Part shown: positions 9,598 to 18,778 of the stretch, piece by piece
Layout: each line of letters starts with the position of its first letter
Position numbering within the stretch: the stretch's first letter is position 1
Assembly: GCA_046484665.1 (NCBI GenBank)
Contig: JAWOIN010000180.1
Coordinates: 333 to 64,332 of the forward strand
Length of the DNA stretch: 64,000 bases
Source of the DNA: Gemmatimonadota bacterium
GTDB lineage: Bacteria > Gemmatimonadota > Gemmatimonadetes > Palauibacterales > Palauibacteraceae
Direction of reading: 5' to 3'
Program-made: the position numbers and the translations under genes
The notes under the pieces: generated by a model
Seen by the model: only the letters and a program-made list of their open reading frames with translations
What the model was told of the DNA's origin: nothing
Databases searched by the model: none

Positions 9598-10848
9598 TCA
9601 GGGAAGCGCCGGCACCACCCAGATGTCCCAGCCGCCCGAGGAGGGCCGGGAGACCGCCAGCTGCGACCCGTCGGGCGACACGGCGGGCTCGCGGCCGCCA
9701 TCGGTGTCGGGCACCGGCCGCTCGTCCGACCCGTCCGCGGCGATCCGCCACACCTGCCCGCCTCGACGGACGTAGAGAAAGAGGCCGTCCGGCGTCCACG
9801 CGGGGTCCATGCCCGGCCCCAGCACCCGCGTCTCCGAGCCGTCCGGCCGGACGAGCTCGACCGTGGCCGCCCCGAGGCCGTGGTCCGTCGTCTCCTGGAC
9901 GCAGCGCGGAAAGTAGGTGCCGTCGGGAAGCAGGGCGAAGTTGCCGCACAGGTCCGTGACGGCCCCCGTGCGCGGGAGCCGCACGAAGGCGATCCAGGCG
10001 CCGTCCGGGCTCCAGGCCGGGCTCACGCCGTCGAGCGTGCCGGGAACCGGGGTCGAGGCCGGGTCTCCCGGACTCCACAGCCGCAGCTCGAGGCCGTCGC
10101 CGAAGACGAGCGTCGTGCCGTCCGGGCTCCAGGAGGGCCGGAAGAACAGCGCCCCGTCCCCCGCGTACAGGGCCTGCGAGGGGATCCAGTCGACGATCAC
10201 CCGGCCGACCACGGGCTCGAACAGAGGAGGGTTTACCGCGGTCGGGTCCTCGGTCCGTCCCGGGATCACGACGGGCACGAAGGGCGTGGCGTCGATCGAC
10301 CCGATCTCGCCGGGCGTCCGCACCCGCAGCGCGAGCTCCTCGAGCGCGGGGGCGGGCGGGGTCGGGTCCGTCCCGGGCACCGTTCCGAGCGTGGGGGGAA
10401 TCGGCGGGTCGCTCGACTCGCAGAGCCACGCCGCCTCGCCGCACCCGGCGGCCGGGGCAAGGCGGATCCGGTGCTGGAACGCGACGCGGCCCGACGTCGG
10501 GTCGAGGCCGGGGGACGTGAACGCCCGGCCCAGGGAGCCGTCCTCTCCCTGCAGATCCGGGAAGACGACGGCCGCCGCGCCTCCGTCCGCCGGGATCGCG
10601 AGGAGCGTCGAGGGATCCCCGAACGTCGAGAGCACGCTCCCCCGCGCGTACACGATCGTCGCGCCGTCCGCGGACCACGCGGGAGCGCGGTCGTCCCGCG
10701 CGTCGAATGTGAGCCGGCGGACCGCGGTCGGAGGGCCGGGCGGCTCGGGCGACCAGGGTTCCGGCGCATCGCGGCACCCCTGCGCGAGCGCGAGGACCGA
10801 AGCCAGGGCCGCGGCCCGTACCGTCCTTCTTCCCGCCGCTCGGTTCAT
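9598..10848 (-). CDS. TolB-like WD40/PD40 beta-propeller protein, probable lipoprotein
   Basis: ATG at 10848 gives MNRAAGRRTVRAAALASVLALAQGC. Repeated PD40 units are present (PAWSADGATIVY, PSWSPDGTTLVF, PAWSPDGAWIAF, PAVSPDGSQLAV). Confidence 0.8.
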   Translation of the reverse strand: MNRAAGRRTVRAAALASVLALAQGCRDAPEPWSPEPPGPPTAVRRLTFDARDDRAPAWSADGATIVYARGSVLSTFGDPSTLLAIPADGGAAAVVFPDLQGEDGSLGRAFTSPGLDPTSGRVAFQHRIRLAPAAGCGEAAWLCESSDPPIPPTLGTVPGTDPTPPAPALEELALRVRTPGEIGSIDATPFVPVVIPGRTEDPTAVNPPLFEPVVGRVIVDWIPSQALYAGDGALFFRPSWSPDGTTLVFGDGLELRLWSPGDPASTPVPGTLDGVSPAWSPDGAWIAFVRLPRTGAVTDLCGNFALLPDGTYFPRCVQETTDHGLGAATVELVRPDGSETRVLGPGMDPAWTPDGLFLYVRRGGQVWRIAADGSDERPVPDTDGGREPAVSPDGSQLAVSRPSSGGWDIWVVPALP

Positions 10849-11083
10849 CCCGCCTCGCTCGCACGGGGACGGCTCCGCGTCGCCGCGGCCCGCGAACAAG
10901 TTCGCCAGGGGCCCGCCGCGGGTCCAGCGCAGGGGCCGGGGGAGGTCCAGCGCCGGGTCCAGGCGCACGGCTGCGGCGGGACGGTTCACGGATGTGGAAA
11001 GGGCCGGCGCGCGGCCGGCCCCTCCTTCCTGTCGGCAGGTCGCCGTGGCGCCGCGTCGCGACGCCCGGGGTGGTCGAAACGGG

Positions 11084-11527
11084 TCAGCTGCCCTTGATCT
11101 CGATCCTCCGCGGCTTCGCCTCCGCGGCCTTCGGGAGCTTCACCGTCAGCACCCCCCTGTGGAAGCTCGCGTCGACGCTCTCCGGGTCGATCGAGTGGGG
11201 CACCGAGAAGCTGCGGGTGAACCGGCTCCAACCCCGCTCGCGCAGGTGGTACGTGCCCTTCTCCTCCCTCTCGGCGGAGTGCTCGCCGCTGATCGAGAGG
11301 ACGCCCTGCTCGAGGTTCACCTCGACCTCGTCGAGATCGAAGCCCGGCAGGTTCATCTCGAGGACGAAGTCGTCCTCCGTCTCGTAGAAGTCGGCCTCGG
11401 GGCCGCCCGGACCCATCGTGACGAAGGGCCGGCCGAGCAGCTCCTCGAACAGCCGGTCCGCGTCCCAGCGTGCATCGGGGAAGTTGCGGAGCACCGCCGT
11501 CGGCCGTCGCCTGGTCGGAAGCATCAT
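11084..11527 (-). CDS. Hsp20/alpha-crystallin small heat-shock protein
   Basis: Alpha-crystallin core (DFVLEMNLPGFDLDEVEVNLEQGVLSISGE...GVLTVKLPK). AGGAGG lies just upstream of the ATGATG at 11527/11524, which I prefer over the ATG at 11545. Confidence 0.85.
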   Translation of the reverse strand: MMLPTRRRPTAVLRNFPDARWDADRLFEELLGRPFVTMGPGGPEADFYETEDDFVLEMNLPGFDLDEVEVNLEQGVLSISGEHSAEREEKGTYHLRERGWSRFTRSFSVPHSIDPESVDASFHRGVLTVKLPKAAEAKPRRIEIKGS

Positions 11528-11795
11528 CTCGCTCCTCCTTTCCATGAGATCTCCTGTGGGCCGGGACCGCCCCGGCCCGGGCTCGATACGCCCTGTCCCG
11601 CCGTCGCCGGCGAAGGGCGTCCGTCTGCCCGGAAGGAGGTGCAACGCGCGTGCCGGGAATCCGTCGGCCGAATCTGCCAACTCTGCTCTCTCAAAAGGAT
11701 TACGAGTGTCGAAAATGCAGGCTGGTGTCAGAACGGCAGGACGGTCGGGGAAGAAGGGGAGGAGGCGTCCGGTCCGGCTCGGATCCGGTCGGCCG

Positions 11796-11824
11796 CGGGT
11801 CCCGGGGTCTGGCCCCGGGACCCG
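11796..11824 (-). terminator. Hairpin downstream of the gene at 11838..12332
   Basis: Perfect 12-bp stem CGGGTCCCGGGG/CCCCGGGACCCG with a 5-nt loop, 14 nt past the stop codon. There is no clear U-tract. Confidence 0.45.
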
Positions 11825-11837
11825 CTTCCGGGCCGTC

Positions 11838-12332
11838 CTACTTCACCGCGTAGCTGGCCTTCCAGGTACCGTGCCCGCTGGTGGGAGTCGTCACGGCGCG
11901 CCGCCACGTGCCATCGCCGGTGATGCCGGCGAACTTCCCGTATCCCGCGAAGTAGGCGAACGTCCCGCACATGTCCGGGCAGTCGGCGGTGCCTGCGGCG
12001 TCCATCCGGAACCAGTACGACAGCCCGTTCCCCGCACCGTCGTCGGCGAAGCACGTGCCGTTCGCGGCCGTCGTCTTTCCGTCGGCCCCGGACACGAACT
12101 GGCCCACGCACTCGGTGGGCAGGCCGTCCGCCGGAGAGCTTCCCTGGGTCGCGAACACCATCTGGTGATAGTGCAACAACGCCATCGTGCCACCGCCGGG
12201 CATCTCCATCTCCTCGGCGTCCGTGATGAAGTTCGCGTAGCGCCCTTCACCGGACCCGGACTTCTGGGCCTGGAGCGCGCCTGGAACGAGCAGCGCGAGT
12301 ACGAGCGTGGCGGCGGAGAGCCGTCGGATCAT
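11838..12332 (-). CDS. Secreted Cys-containing hypothetical protein
   Basis: GGGAGG RBS and ATG at 12332. Signal peptide MIRRLSAATLVLALLVPGALQAQ. Four Cys residues. No family recognised. Confidence 0.6.
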   Translation of the reverse strand: MIRRLSAATLVLALLVPGALQAQKSGSGEGRYANFITDAEEMEMPGGGTMALLHYHQMVFATQGSSPADGLPTECVGQFVSGADGKTTAANGTCFADDGAGNGLSYWFRMDAAGTADCPDMCGTFAYFAGYGKFAGITGDGTWRRAVTTPTSGHGTWKASYAVK

Positions 12333-12507
12333 CGAAACCTCCCTGGGCTGTCTGCTGTCGCGGCGCGACTCTGGATCGTCCGCGCCGCAAGAGGGGTGGA
12401 CCGCCGATAGAAAGCCGATGGACCCGTGGGTGTCAAGGTTCTCTGCGGTGTCGGCGGAGGAGCGGACCGCCGCCCGCACCGCCGCGAGCCAGGGCCCGGC
12501 GGCGACC

Positions 12508-12609
12508 TCAGTCGCCGAAGTAGGGGCGACCGCTGGAGGCCATGTCGGCCGCCAGGACGACGGCGATCACGACCGCGACCGCGATTTCGATCAGCATGAC
12601 CGTGAGCAT
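12508..12609 (-). CDS. 33-aa single-TM peptide downstream of nosY (below the ORF-track length cutoff)
   Basis: GGAGG lies 5 nt before the ATG at 12609. Translation MLTVMLIEIAVAVVIAVVLAADMASSGRPYFGD. Nearly all third codon positions are G/C. Confidence 0.5.
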   Translation of the reverse strand: MLTVMLIEIAVAVVIAVVLAADMASSGRPYFGD

Positions 12610-12689
12610 CGGGACCTCCAGCCTCCGAGGGGAGCGTCTGACTGGAGATGCCCTGCGAGGGTCACGGGGCCGTCACGCGAGGCGGCCGC

Positions 12690-13478
12690 TCAGAGGTCGC
12701 CGTGACGGAAGATGCGCCGTGCGAGCAGGTAAGGAGCGATCGCCCAGGCGGCGAGCGCCGCGAACGCTACCGCGGCGCCGGCCGCGCCCCCGAAGAAACG
12801 CCGGAACACGGCGCCCGTATAGCCGAGCAGCGCCGCCGCGTCGAGATCCATCAGCAGGAGCACCCGCGCCGTGTCCACGGGGTTGAGGAGCGTCGCCGCG
12901 AGCGCGGGGCGCTCGAGCGGCCAGCCGGCGAGCGCGGTGGCCGCGAAGAACAGGACGCCGTCGTAGACGATCGTGAGGCCGAGCCAGAGGAGGAGCGCCG
13001 TCCCCATCCCCGCCGAGCGGTCCCGGATCGCCGCCGCGACGAGGAAGGCGAGCGACAGGAAGCCGAGGGCCAGAAGCGTGACGACGGCCAGGAAGCGCGC
13101 CACGGCGGCCGCCTCGGCGGCGCCGGAGGCCGTCAGCAGCACCGGCGCCCCGAGCCCGAGCGCGGTCACGGCGGCCAGCGGCAGCGCGAGTCCGAGGTAC
13201 TGCCCGTCCAGGAGGCAGTCGCGGCCGACGGGATGCGCGAGCAGCAGCCGGTGGAAGTCCCGGGCGCCGTACAGGTAGAGCGTCCCGAACAGGACGCTCA
13301 CGAGCGGGACCACGATCAGCACGAGGTTCACGAGGCCCGTGAGCGCCCGCCGCCCGCCTCCGCCGAACGCGACGAGCGCCCCCGCGAACGCCACCAGGAG
13401 CAGGGCGTACACGACCAGCCAGCGGCTGCGGGCCACGTCCCGGAGCTGGCTGCGGGCGATCCGGAGCGTCGCGCTCAC
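12690..13478 (-). CDS. nosY: NosY, ABC-2 type permease of the Nos maturation transporter
   Basis: Polytopic membrane protein of 262 aa. Its ATG overlaps the nosF stop. It sits in nosD-nosF-nosY order. Confidence 0.8.
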   Translation of the reverse strand: MSATLRIARSQLRDVARSRWLVVYALLLVAFAGALVAFGGGGRRALTGLVNLVLIVVPLVSVLFGTLYLYGARDFHRLLLAHPVGRDCLLDGQYLGLALPLAAVTALGLGAPVLLTASGAAEAAAVARFLAVVTLLALGFLSLAFLVAAAIRDRSAGMGTALLLWLGLTIVYDGVLFFAATALAGWPLERPALAATLLNPVDTARVLLLMDLDAAALLGYTGAVFRRFFGGAAGAAVAFAALAAWAIAPYLLARRIFRHGDL

Positions 13479-14251
13479 ATCGCCTCCAGGCGCGGTCGTG
13501 GCCCCGAGCCGGCCGCGCGCCGGCCCGACCGGGGCTCCGCCCGCATCGATCCGCGCTCCATCAGCCGCACGAAGGCCTCCTCGAGCCGGCGCGCCCCGGT
13601 CCGCTGGAGCAGCTCGTCCACCTCGCCGGCGAAGCGGGACCGGCCGTCCACCAGGAACAGGAGGTCGTCGGCCAGGTCCTCGAGCTCCGTGAGGATGTGC
13701 GACGTGATGAGCACCGTCCGGCCCTCCCCGCTCGCCTCGAGCACCCGGTCCTTGAGAATCGCCCGCGCGACGGGGTCGAGCCCCGCGGTCGGCTCGTCCA
13801 GCACCAGGAGCGCGGGGTCGTAGCGGAAGGCGAGGGCCGCGCTCACCTTCTGCCGCATCCCGCCGGACAGCCCGCCGAGCGGGCGGTCCGCGAGCTCCGG
13901 GACGCCGAGGCGCGCGGCGAGCCCTCCGTCGTCGCCGGCCGCTCCGCCCCGGAGGTCGTCGAGCAGGCCCGTGAGCTCCTCCACGCGCAGGTTCTCGGGG
14001 AAGGCCGGCTCCTGCGGCATGTACCCGATCCGGGCCCGGTACCCCGGGTCGTCGCCGACCGGCGCCCCATCGATCCGCAGCTCGCCCGCGTCGGGACGGA
14101 CGAGCCCGAGCAGGACCTTGATCAGGGTCGTCTTCCCCGAGCCGTTCGGCCCGACGATCGCCGTCACCCGTCCCGCGCGGAGGTGGGCATCGAGCCCGTG
14201 CAGGGCCGTGACCCGACCGTACGTCTTCCGGAGGCCCTCGACCCGGATCAC
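13475..14251 (-). CDS. nosF: NosF, ABC transporter ATP-binding protein
   Basis: GTG at 14251 overlaps the nosD TGA (GTGA). Walker A GPNGSGKTT, signature LSGGMRQK and Walker B LLVLDEP are present. The N-terminal 280 aa of tracked ORF 13475..15106 is a shadow of nosD. Confidence 0.85.
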   Translation of the reverse strand: MIRVEGLRKTYGRVTALHGLDAHLRAGRVTAIVGPNGSGKTTLIKVLLGLVRPDAGELRIDGAPVGDDPGYRARIGYMPQEPAFPENLRVEELTGLLDDLRGGAAGDDGGLAARLGVPELADRPLGGLSGGMRQKVSAALAFRYDPALLVLDEPTAGLDPVARAILKDRVLEASGEGRTVLITSHILTELEDLADDLLFLVDGRSRFAGEVDELLQRTGARRLEEAFVRLMERGSMRAEPRSGRRAAGSGPRPRLEAM

Positions 14252-15564
14252 GATTCCGTCCCCGCGGCGCGTCCCACGCGTCCCGCGTCCCCCCGGTCGA
14301 GCCGGCGCATCGCGGGCGCCGGGTCCACGAGGTTTCCGGGCGTGAGGGACGGCACCAGCCGCTCCGTCCAGTCGAGCAGGGTGGCGAAGAAGCTGCGCAG
14401 CAGGACCGTCGCCTCCGGCGTCGACTCCACCACGAGCGCGAACAGCCGGACCGGGCGGTGCTCCACGTCCCCGATCCCGTCCCGGCCGAGGTCGTAGCCC
14501 CGGTAGCCGTCCCAGTAGTTCGCGCGGAACGCGGAATGGATGCGGCGGCTGTTCGTCGTCACGTCGAACGTGTTGTCGACGAAGTTGTTCCGCGAGAACA
14601 CGGATGCCTCCGAGTTCGCGAGCAGGCGCACGGCGCGCCCGTTCTCCACGAAGTCGTTCTCCTCGACCCGGGTCCGGTCGAAGCCCTCCGCGTGGATCCC
14701 GACCGTGTTCCGCCGGAACACGTTGCCCCGGATCTCGCTGTCCGTGATGTCCTTCAGCAGCAGCCCGAACGAGGCGCTCCCGTGGCTGTCCTCGAACCGG
14801 TTGCCGCGCATCACGACCCCCGTCGTGTACATCACGGCCACGCCGGCGCCGTTCCGGAGGAACTCGTTCTCCTCGTAGCGGCAGCGGTCGGAGAACATGA
14901 AGTGGAGGCCGTAGCGGAGGTTCTCCTCGCTTCGGTTCCCCGTCACGAGGCCGTCCTCGACGAACTCGAAGTAGATCCCGTCCCGGTGGCCGCGAACGAG
15001 GTTGCCCTCGACGGTCACGCCGCGGGAGTACCAGACGTGGATCCCGTTGCCCGAGCGCGACTCCCGGCGCGAGTTCCCGACGATCACGTTGTCCCGGATC
15101 ACGCATCCCTCGCTCCCGGCGAGGTAGATCCCGAAGAACGCGTTCTCGATCCGGTTGCCCTCGATCGTGCAGCGGTTCCCGCCGCGGACCTCGATCGCGG
15201 CGCGGTCCTCCACGAACGAGACCCCCACGTTCCGGAGCTCGAGCCCGGAGATCCGGACGTCGTCCGCCGTGACGAGGAGGAGCCCCCGCTCGTTCTCCCC
15301 GTCGAGCACCGCCCCCACTTCGCCCTCGATCCGGACCCTGCGGTCGACCTCGACGGTCGGCTCGCGGTAGACGCCGGGCCGGACGACGATCCGGGCCCCG
15401 GGCGCGGCCCGCCGTACGGCTTCCGCCAGGGTCCGCACGGGGCCGTCGGCGCCGACGACGACGAGCGTGTCGGCGGCCCGGGGCCCGGGGGCCGGCGCGA
15501 CCCCCTCCTGCGGCGGGCGCCCCGCGACGAGCGCCAGCGCGAGGACGAGCGGCGCGAAGCTCAT
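14248..15564 (-). CDS. nosD: NosD, periplasmic right-handed beta-helix copper-binding protein
   Basis: Signal peptide followed by repeated parallel beta-helix units (IEGNRIENAFFGIYL, IRDNVIVGN, VEGNLVRGHRDGIYF). Position is immediately downstream of nosZ and the NosB-like::NosL gene. Confidence 0.85.
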   Translation of the reverse strand: MSFAPLVLALALVAGRPPQEGVAPAPGPRAADTLVVVGADGPVRTLAEAVRRAAPGARIVVRPGVYREPTVEVDRRVRIEGEVGAVLDGENERGLLLVTADDVRISGLELRNVGVSFVEDRAAIEVRGGNRCTIEGNRIENAFFGIYLAGSEGCVIRDNVIVGNSRRESRSGNGIHVWYSRGVTVEGNLVRGHRDGIYFEFVEDGLVTGNRSEENLRYGLHFMFSDRCRYEENEFLRNGAGVAVMYTTGVVMRGNRFEDSHGSASFGLLLKDITDSEIRGNVFRRNTVGIHAEGFDRTRVEENDFVENGRAVRLLANSEASVFSRNNFVDNTFDVTTNSRRIHSAFRANYWDGYRGYDLGRDGIGDVEHRPVRLFALVVESTPEATVLLRSFFATLLDWTERLVPSLTPGNLVDPAPAMRRLDRGDAGRVGRAAGTES

Positions 15565-15565
15565 C

Positions 15566-16726
15566 TCAGTGGCCGGCTCCGCGATCGGCTCCGTGGCCGG
15601 CTCCGTGGCCGTGACCCGGCCCGCCGCCCCGCATCGCGGCGCGGCCCCCGGAATCCCGCACGAGCGCGAGGACCCCGTCCCAGGTCAGCGACTCGGCGTC
15701 CGCGGGGACGAACGGACCGGCCGCGGCGCCGGCCTCCGCCGGCACGGCCGCGAGGTGCATCCCCATCGGGCTCGGAATCTCCGGGCTGCGCAGGAAGCGC
15801 GCCTCCTCGACCCGGAGCCAGGCGCCGGGCGCGCGGACGTCCGTCACCCAGAGCCCCGCGTCGGCGACGAGGGGATCCTCCCCGGCGCGCTCGAGCACGT
15901 ATCCGGCCAGGCACTCGATGGCGTCGAACCGGTAGATCCTGCCGCGCTCCGTGACGAGCTCCGCCGCGAACCGCGGCTCCTCGATGGCCATCACGCAGTG
16001 GTCGCACACGTCCTCGCCGACGACGATCGGGACCGGGCCGGCCGGCCCGCACCCCGCGGAGAGCAACGTCGCCAGCGTCGCCGCGAGCCCGGCGGGAGCC
16101 GCGCGGCCGGCCCACGGGATCCCGCGACGCCGGAGGCGTCGCAGGAGACGGGGCCCGAAGCAGGCGGCCGCCGCCGCGAGCCCGGCGGCGAGCGCGATCC
16201 AGCCGCCGGCCGCCGGCCACGAGTGCGCCGTGAAGTTGAGCAGCTTCTTCGAGCCGACCAGCGGCGGCTGGTAACTCATCCCGGGGATCTTGATGATCGC
16301 GTTCTCGGCGTCGAGGTCGTGCCCGTAGTCGTAGCCCCAGCGCCAGAAGTCGGCGAGTCCGGCGAGCGCGGCGGCGGCCAGCAGCCCGAACCAGGCGCAA
16401 ATCATCCAGCGCCGGCCGGTTGCGGCGGCCGCGACGCCCCAGGCGATGAGGGCGCCCAGGATCCACGGCATGAACCGGAGCTCCGGGATCGAGTCCGGCA
16501 CGATCCGCTTCATCCCGATGTAGTGGTTCAGGTTGTTGATGTTGTTGAGGTCGTTCGGCCCGAGTCCCTCGATCGTGTTCACCCGGATCAGCATCCCGAG
16601 GCCCTCGGGATACTGGGGCGCCTCGAGCGCGATCTTCCACAGCGGGAGAGAGTAGGCGGCGAGCAGGGCGAGCGACGCCGCGAGGACGGTGATCCGGGCC
16701 CAGGCCGGAGCGGTTCGGTCGTTCAT
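15566..16726 (-). CDS. Fusion of a NosB-like polytopic membrane domain with a NosL-like copper chaperone domain and a His-rich tail
   Basis: N-terminal ~200 aa carry TM helices (LPLWKIALEAPQYPEGLGM...). An internal lipobox-like LLSAGC is followed by the NosL-type DVCDHCVMAI motif. C-terminus is GHGHGAGHGADRGAGH. I found no in-frame ATG/GTG/TTG ahead of the NosL part. Confidence 0.65.
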   Translation of the reverse strand: MNDRTAPAWARITVLAASLALLAAYSLPLWKIALEAPQYPEGLGMLIRVNTIEGLGPNDLNNINNLNHYIGMKRIVPDSIPELRFMPWILGALIAWGVAAAATGRRWMICAWFGLLAAAALAGLADFWRWGYDYGHDLDAENAIIKIPGMSYQPPLVGSKKLLNFTAHSWPAAGGWIALAAGLAAAAACFGPRLLRRLRRRGIPWAGRAAPAGLAATLATLLSAGCGPAGPVPIVVGEDVCDHCVMAIEEPRFAAELVTERGRIYRFDAIECLAGYVLERAGEDPLVADAGLWVTDVRAPGAWLRVEEARFLRSPEIPSPMGMHLAAVPAEAGAAAGPFVPADAESLTWDGVLALVRDSGGRAAMRGGGPGHGHGAGHGADRGAGH

Positions 16727-16787
16727 CGATCGGCAGACCTCCGGCCGGGAGGCCGCGCACGGCGGCCTCCCGGTCGCTCGAGTCCCG

Positions 16788-18746
16788 TCAGTCGCCCGTG
16801 CCCCACGACAGCGGCACGTCCGAGCCGCGCGGGGAGACCCGGACGTAGCCCTGCATCTCCTGGTGGAGGGCCGAGCAGAAGTCCGTGCAGTAGAACGGGT
16901 AGACGCCGGGGCGGTCGGCGACCCAGGTCAGGGTCCGCGTCTCGCCCGGCATCACGAGGAGTTCGGCGTTGTTCGCGCCCATCATCGCGAAGCCGTGCGG
17001 GACGTCCCAGTCCTGCTCGAGGTTCGTGACGTGGAAGTACACCGTGTCCCCGACCATCACGCCCTCGATGTTGTCCGGCGTGAAGTGGCTCCGGATCGTC
17101 GTCATGTAGATCCGGACCTTCCGGCCGTCGCGCACGACCTTCGCCTCCGCCTCGCTCGGCGTGAAGTGCGGGTTCGTGTTCCCGGACAGCTGGTACATCT
17201 TGACCTGCCTGTCCATGATGATGTCCGCCTTCAGCCCCTGCGCGTAGTGCGGCTCGCCCATGGTCGGGAAGTCGAGCAGCAGCCGCATCCTGTCGCCCGA
17301 GATGTCGATCAGCTGCGCCGCGTGGGCGAGCTCCGGGCCCGTCGGCAGGTAGCGGTCCTTCGTGATCTTGTTGAGCGCGACCAGGTACTTGCCCCACGGC
17401 TGCGACGAGTCGCCGCCCGGAATCATCAGGTGGCCGATCGAGTAGTAGACCGGGATCCGGTCCAGCACCTCCCAGGTCCCGAGCTTCCACTTCACGACCT
17501 CGGAGGAGATGAACACCGACGTGTAGGCGTTTCCCTTCCCGTCGAACTCGGTGTGGAGCGGTCCGAGGCCCGGGTCCTGGACCTCTCCGGCCAGGACGGC
17601 CTCGTACTCGAGGACCGGGATCCCCTCGATCACCGTCTCGTACCGCTCGTTCTCGATCGCCTCGAGCATCTTCGAGAACGAGTGGACCGGGATCACCGTG
17701 GCGAGCTTCCCGCCGCCGACGATGTACTCGCCGGTCGGGTCCACGTCGACGCCGTGCGGCGACTTCGGCGTGGGCAGGAAGTAGATCATGTCGGAGCAGT
17801 CGGCCGGCGTCAGCAGCCGGACCCCGCTCTTCATCTCGTGCCGCGCGACGCGGTCCTCGCCGACGTGGTTGTGGGCGTAGGGGGTGTTCCGCAACTCGCC
17901 CGCGCCGCCCGCGATGCACTCCTCCGCCCGCTGCCAGTTCACGGCCGCGATGAAGTCCTTGTCGTTCCGCGACGCCTGGATCTCGAGCAGGGTGTGCGCC
18001 TGCTCCGTGTTGTACGTCGTGAGGAACGCCCAGCCGTAGGACGGGCCGCGGCCCGAGTGGGAGAGGTCGTAGTTGTAGCCCGGCACCTCGATCTGGAACG
18101 CGATGTCCATCTCGCCCGGAAGGTCCGCGCGGATGAACGAGATCGTCCCCCGGAAGTTCTCCTTGTAGGAGTCGATCGAGACGTCCGCCTGCGGGATCGG
18201 AACGCTGAACCGGGTCGAGGCCACGAGGTATTTCGAGTCCGGCGTGATGAACGGCGAGGCGTGGTTCCCGGCCGAGTTCGGGATCTCGAGGATCTCGTCC
18301 GTCTCGAACGTCGTGAGGTCGATCCGGGCCACGCGCGGCGTGTTGTTGCCGTTGATGAAGATCCATCGCCCGTCGGGGACGCCGTCCGTCTGCGAGAGCT
18401 CGGGGTGATGCGAGTCGTCCCAGGGCACGAACCCGAAGCTCGTCATCAGCATCGGCTTCGTCTCTTCCGAGTAGCCCCACCCGTTCTCGGGGAACTGCGA
18501 GAACACGGGCACCGTCTTCAGCAGTCGGCCCGAGGGCAGCCCGTGCACGGTGAGGTTCCCGCTGAAGCCGCCCGACATGAACGCGTAGAACTCGTCGTAC
18601 TCGCCGGGCGCGACGTACACGGCCTGCGCGGCGTCGGCGGTGCCCGCGTCCGGCCCGGCGGTGCCGCACGCGAACGCGAACGCTCCGGCGAACGCGACCG
18701 CGACCGCGATCGCGCCGGCTCGGACCAGGGGGTCGATCCTGTTCAT
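16788..18746 (-). CDS. nosZ: Nitrous-oxide reductase NosZ, clade II (Sec-type signal)
   Basis: ATG at 18746 gives MNRIDPLVRAGAIAVAVAFAGAFAFAC, with no twin-arginine motif. Seven-bladed propeller region, then C-terminal CuA motif FYCTDFCSALHQEMQGY. Confidence 0.92.
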   Translation of the reverse strand: MNRIDPLVRAGAIAVAVAFAGAFAFACGTAGPDAGTADAAQAVYVAPGEYDEFYAFMSGGFSGNLTVHGLPSGRLLKTVPVFSQFPENGWGYSEETKPMLMTSFGFVPWDDSHHPELSQTDGVPDGRWIFINGNNTPRVARIDLTTFETDEILEIPNSAGNHASPFITPDSKYLVASTRFSVPIPQADVSIDSYKENFRGTISFIRADLPGEMDIAFQIEVPGYNYDLSHSGRGPSYGWAFLTTYNTEQAHTLLEIQASRNDKDFIAAVNWQRAEECIAGGAGELRNTPYAHNHVGEDRVARHEMKSGVRLLTPADCSDMIYFLPTPKSPHGVDVDPTGEYIVGGGKLATVIPVHSFSKMLEAIENERYETVIEGIPVLEYEAVLAGEVQDPGLGPLHTEFDGKGNAYTSVFISSEVVKWKLGTWEVLDRIPVYYSIGHLMIPGGDSSQPWGKYLVALNKITKDRYLPTGPELAHAAQLIDISGDRMRLLLDFPTMGEPHYAQGLKADIIMDRQVKMYQLSGNTNPHFTPSEAEAKVVRDGRKVRIYMTTIRSHFTPDNIEGVMVGDTVYFHVTNLEQDWDVPHGFAMMGANNAELLVMPGETRTLTWVADRPGVYPFYCTDFCSALHQEMQGYVRVSPRGSDVPLSWGTGD

Positions 18747-18778
18747 GGCTCCGCTCCCGTTACGGGTCAGGGGGGGTC

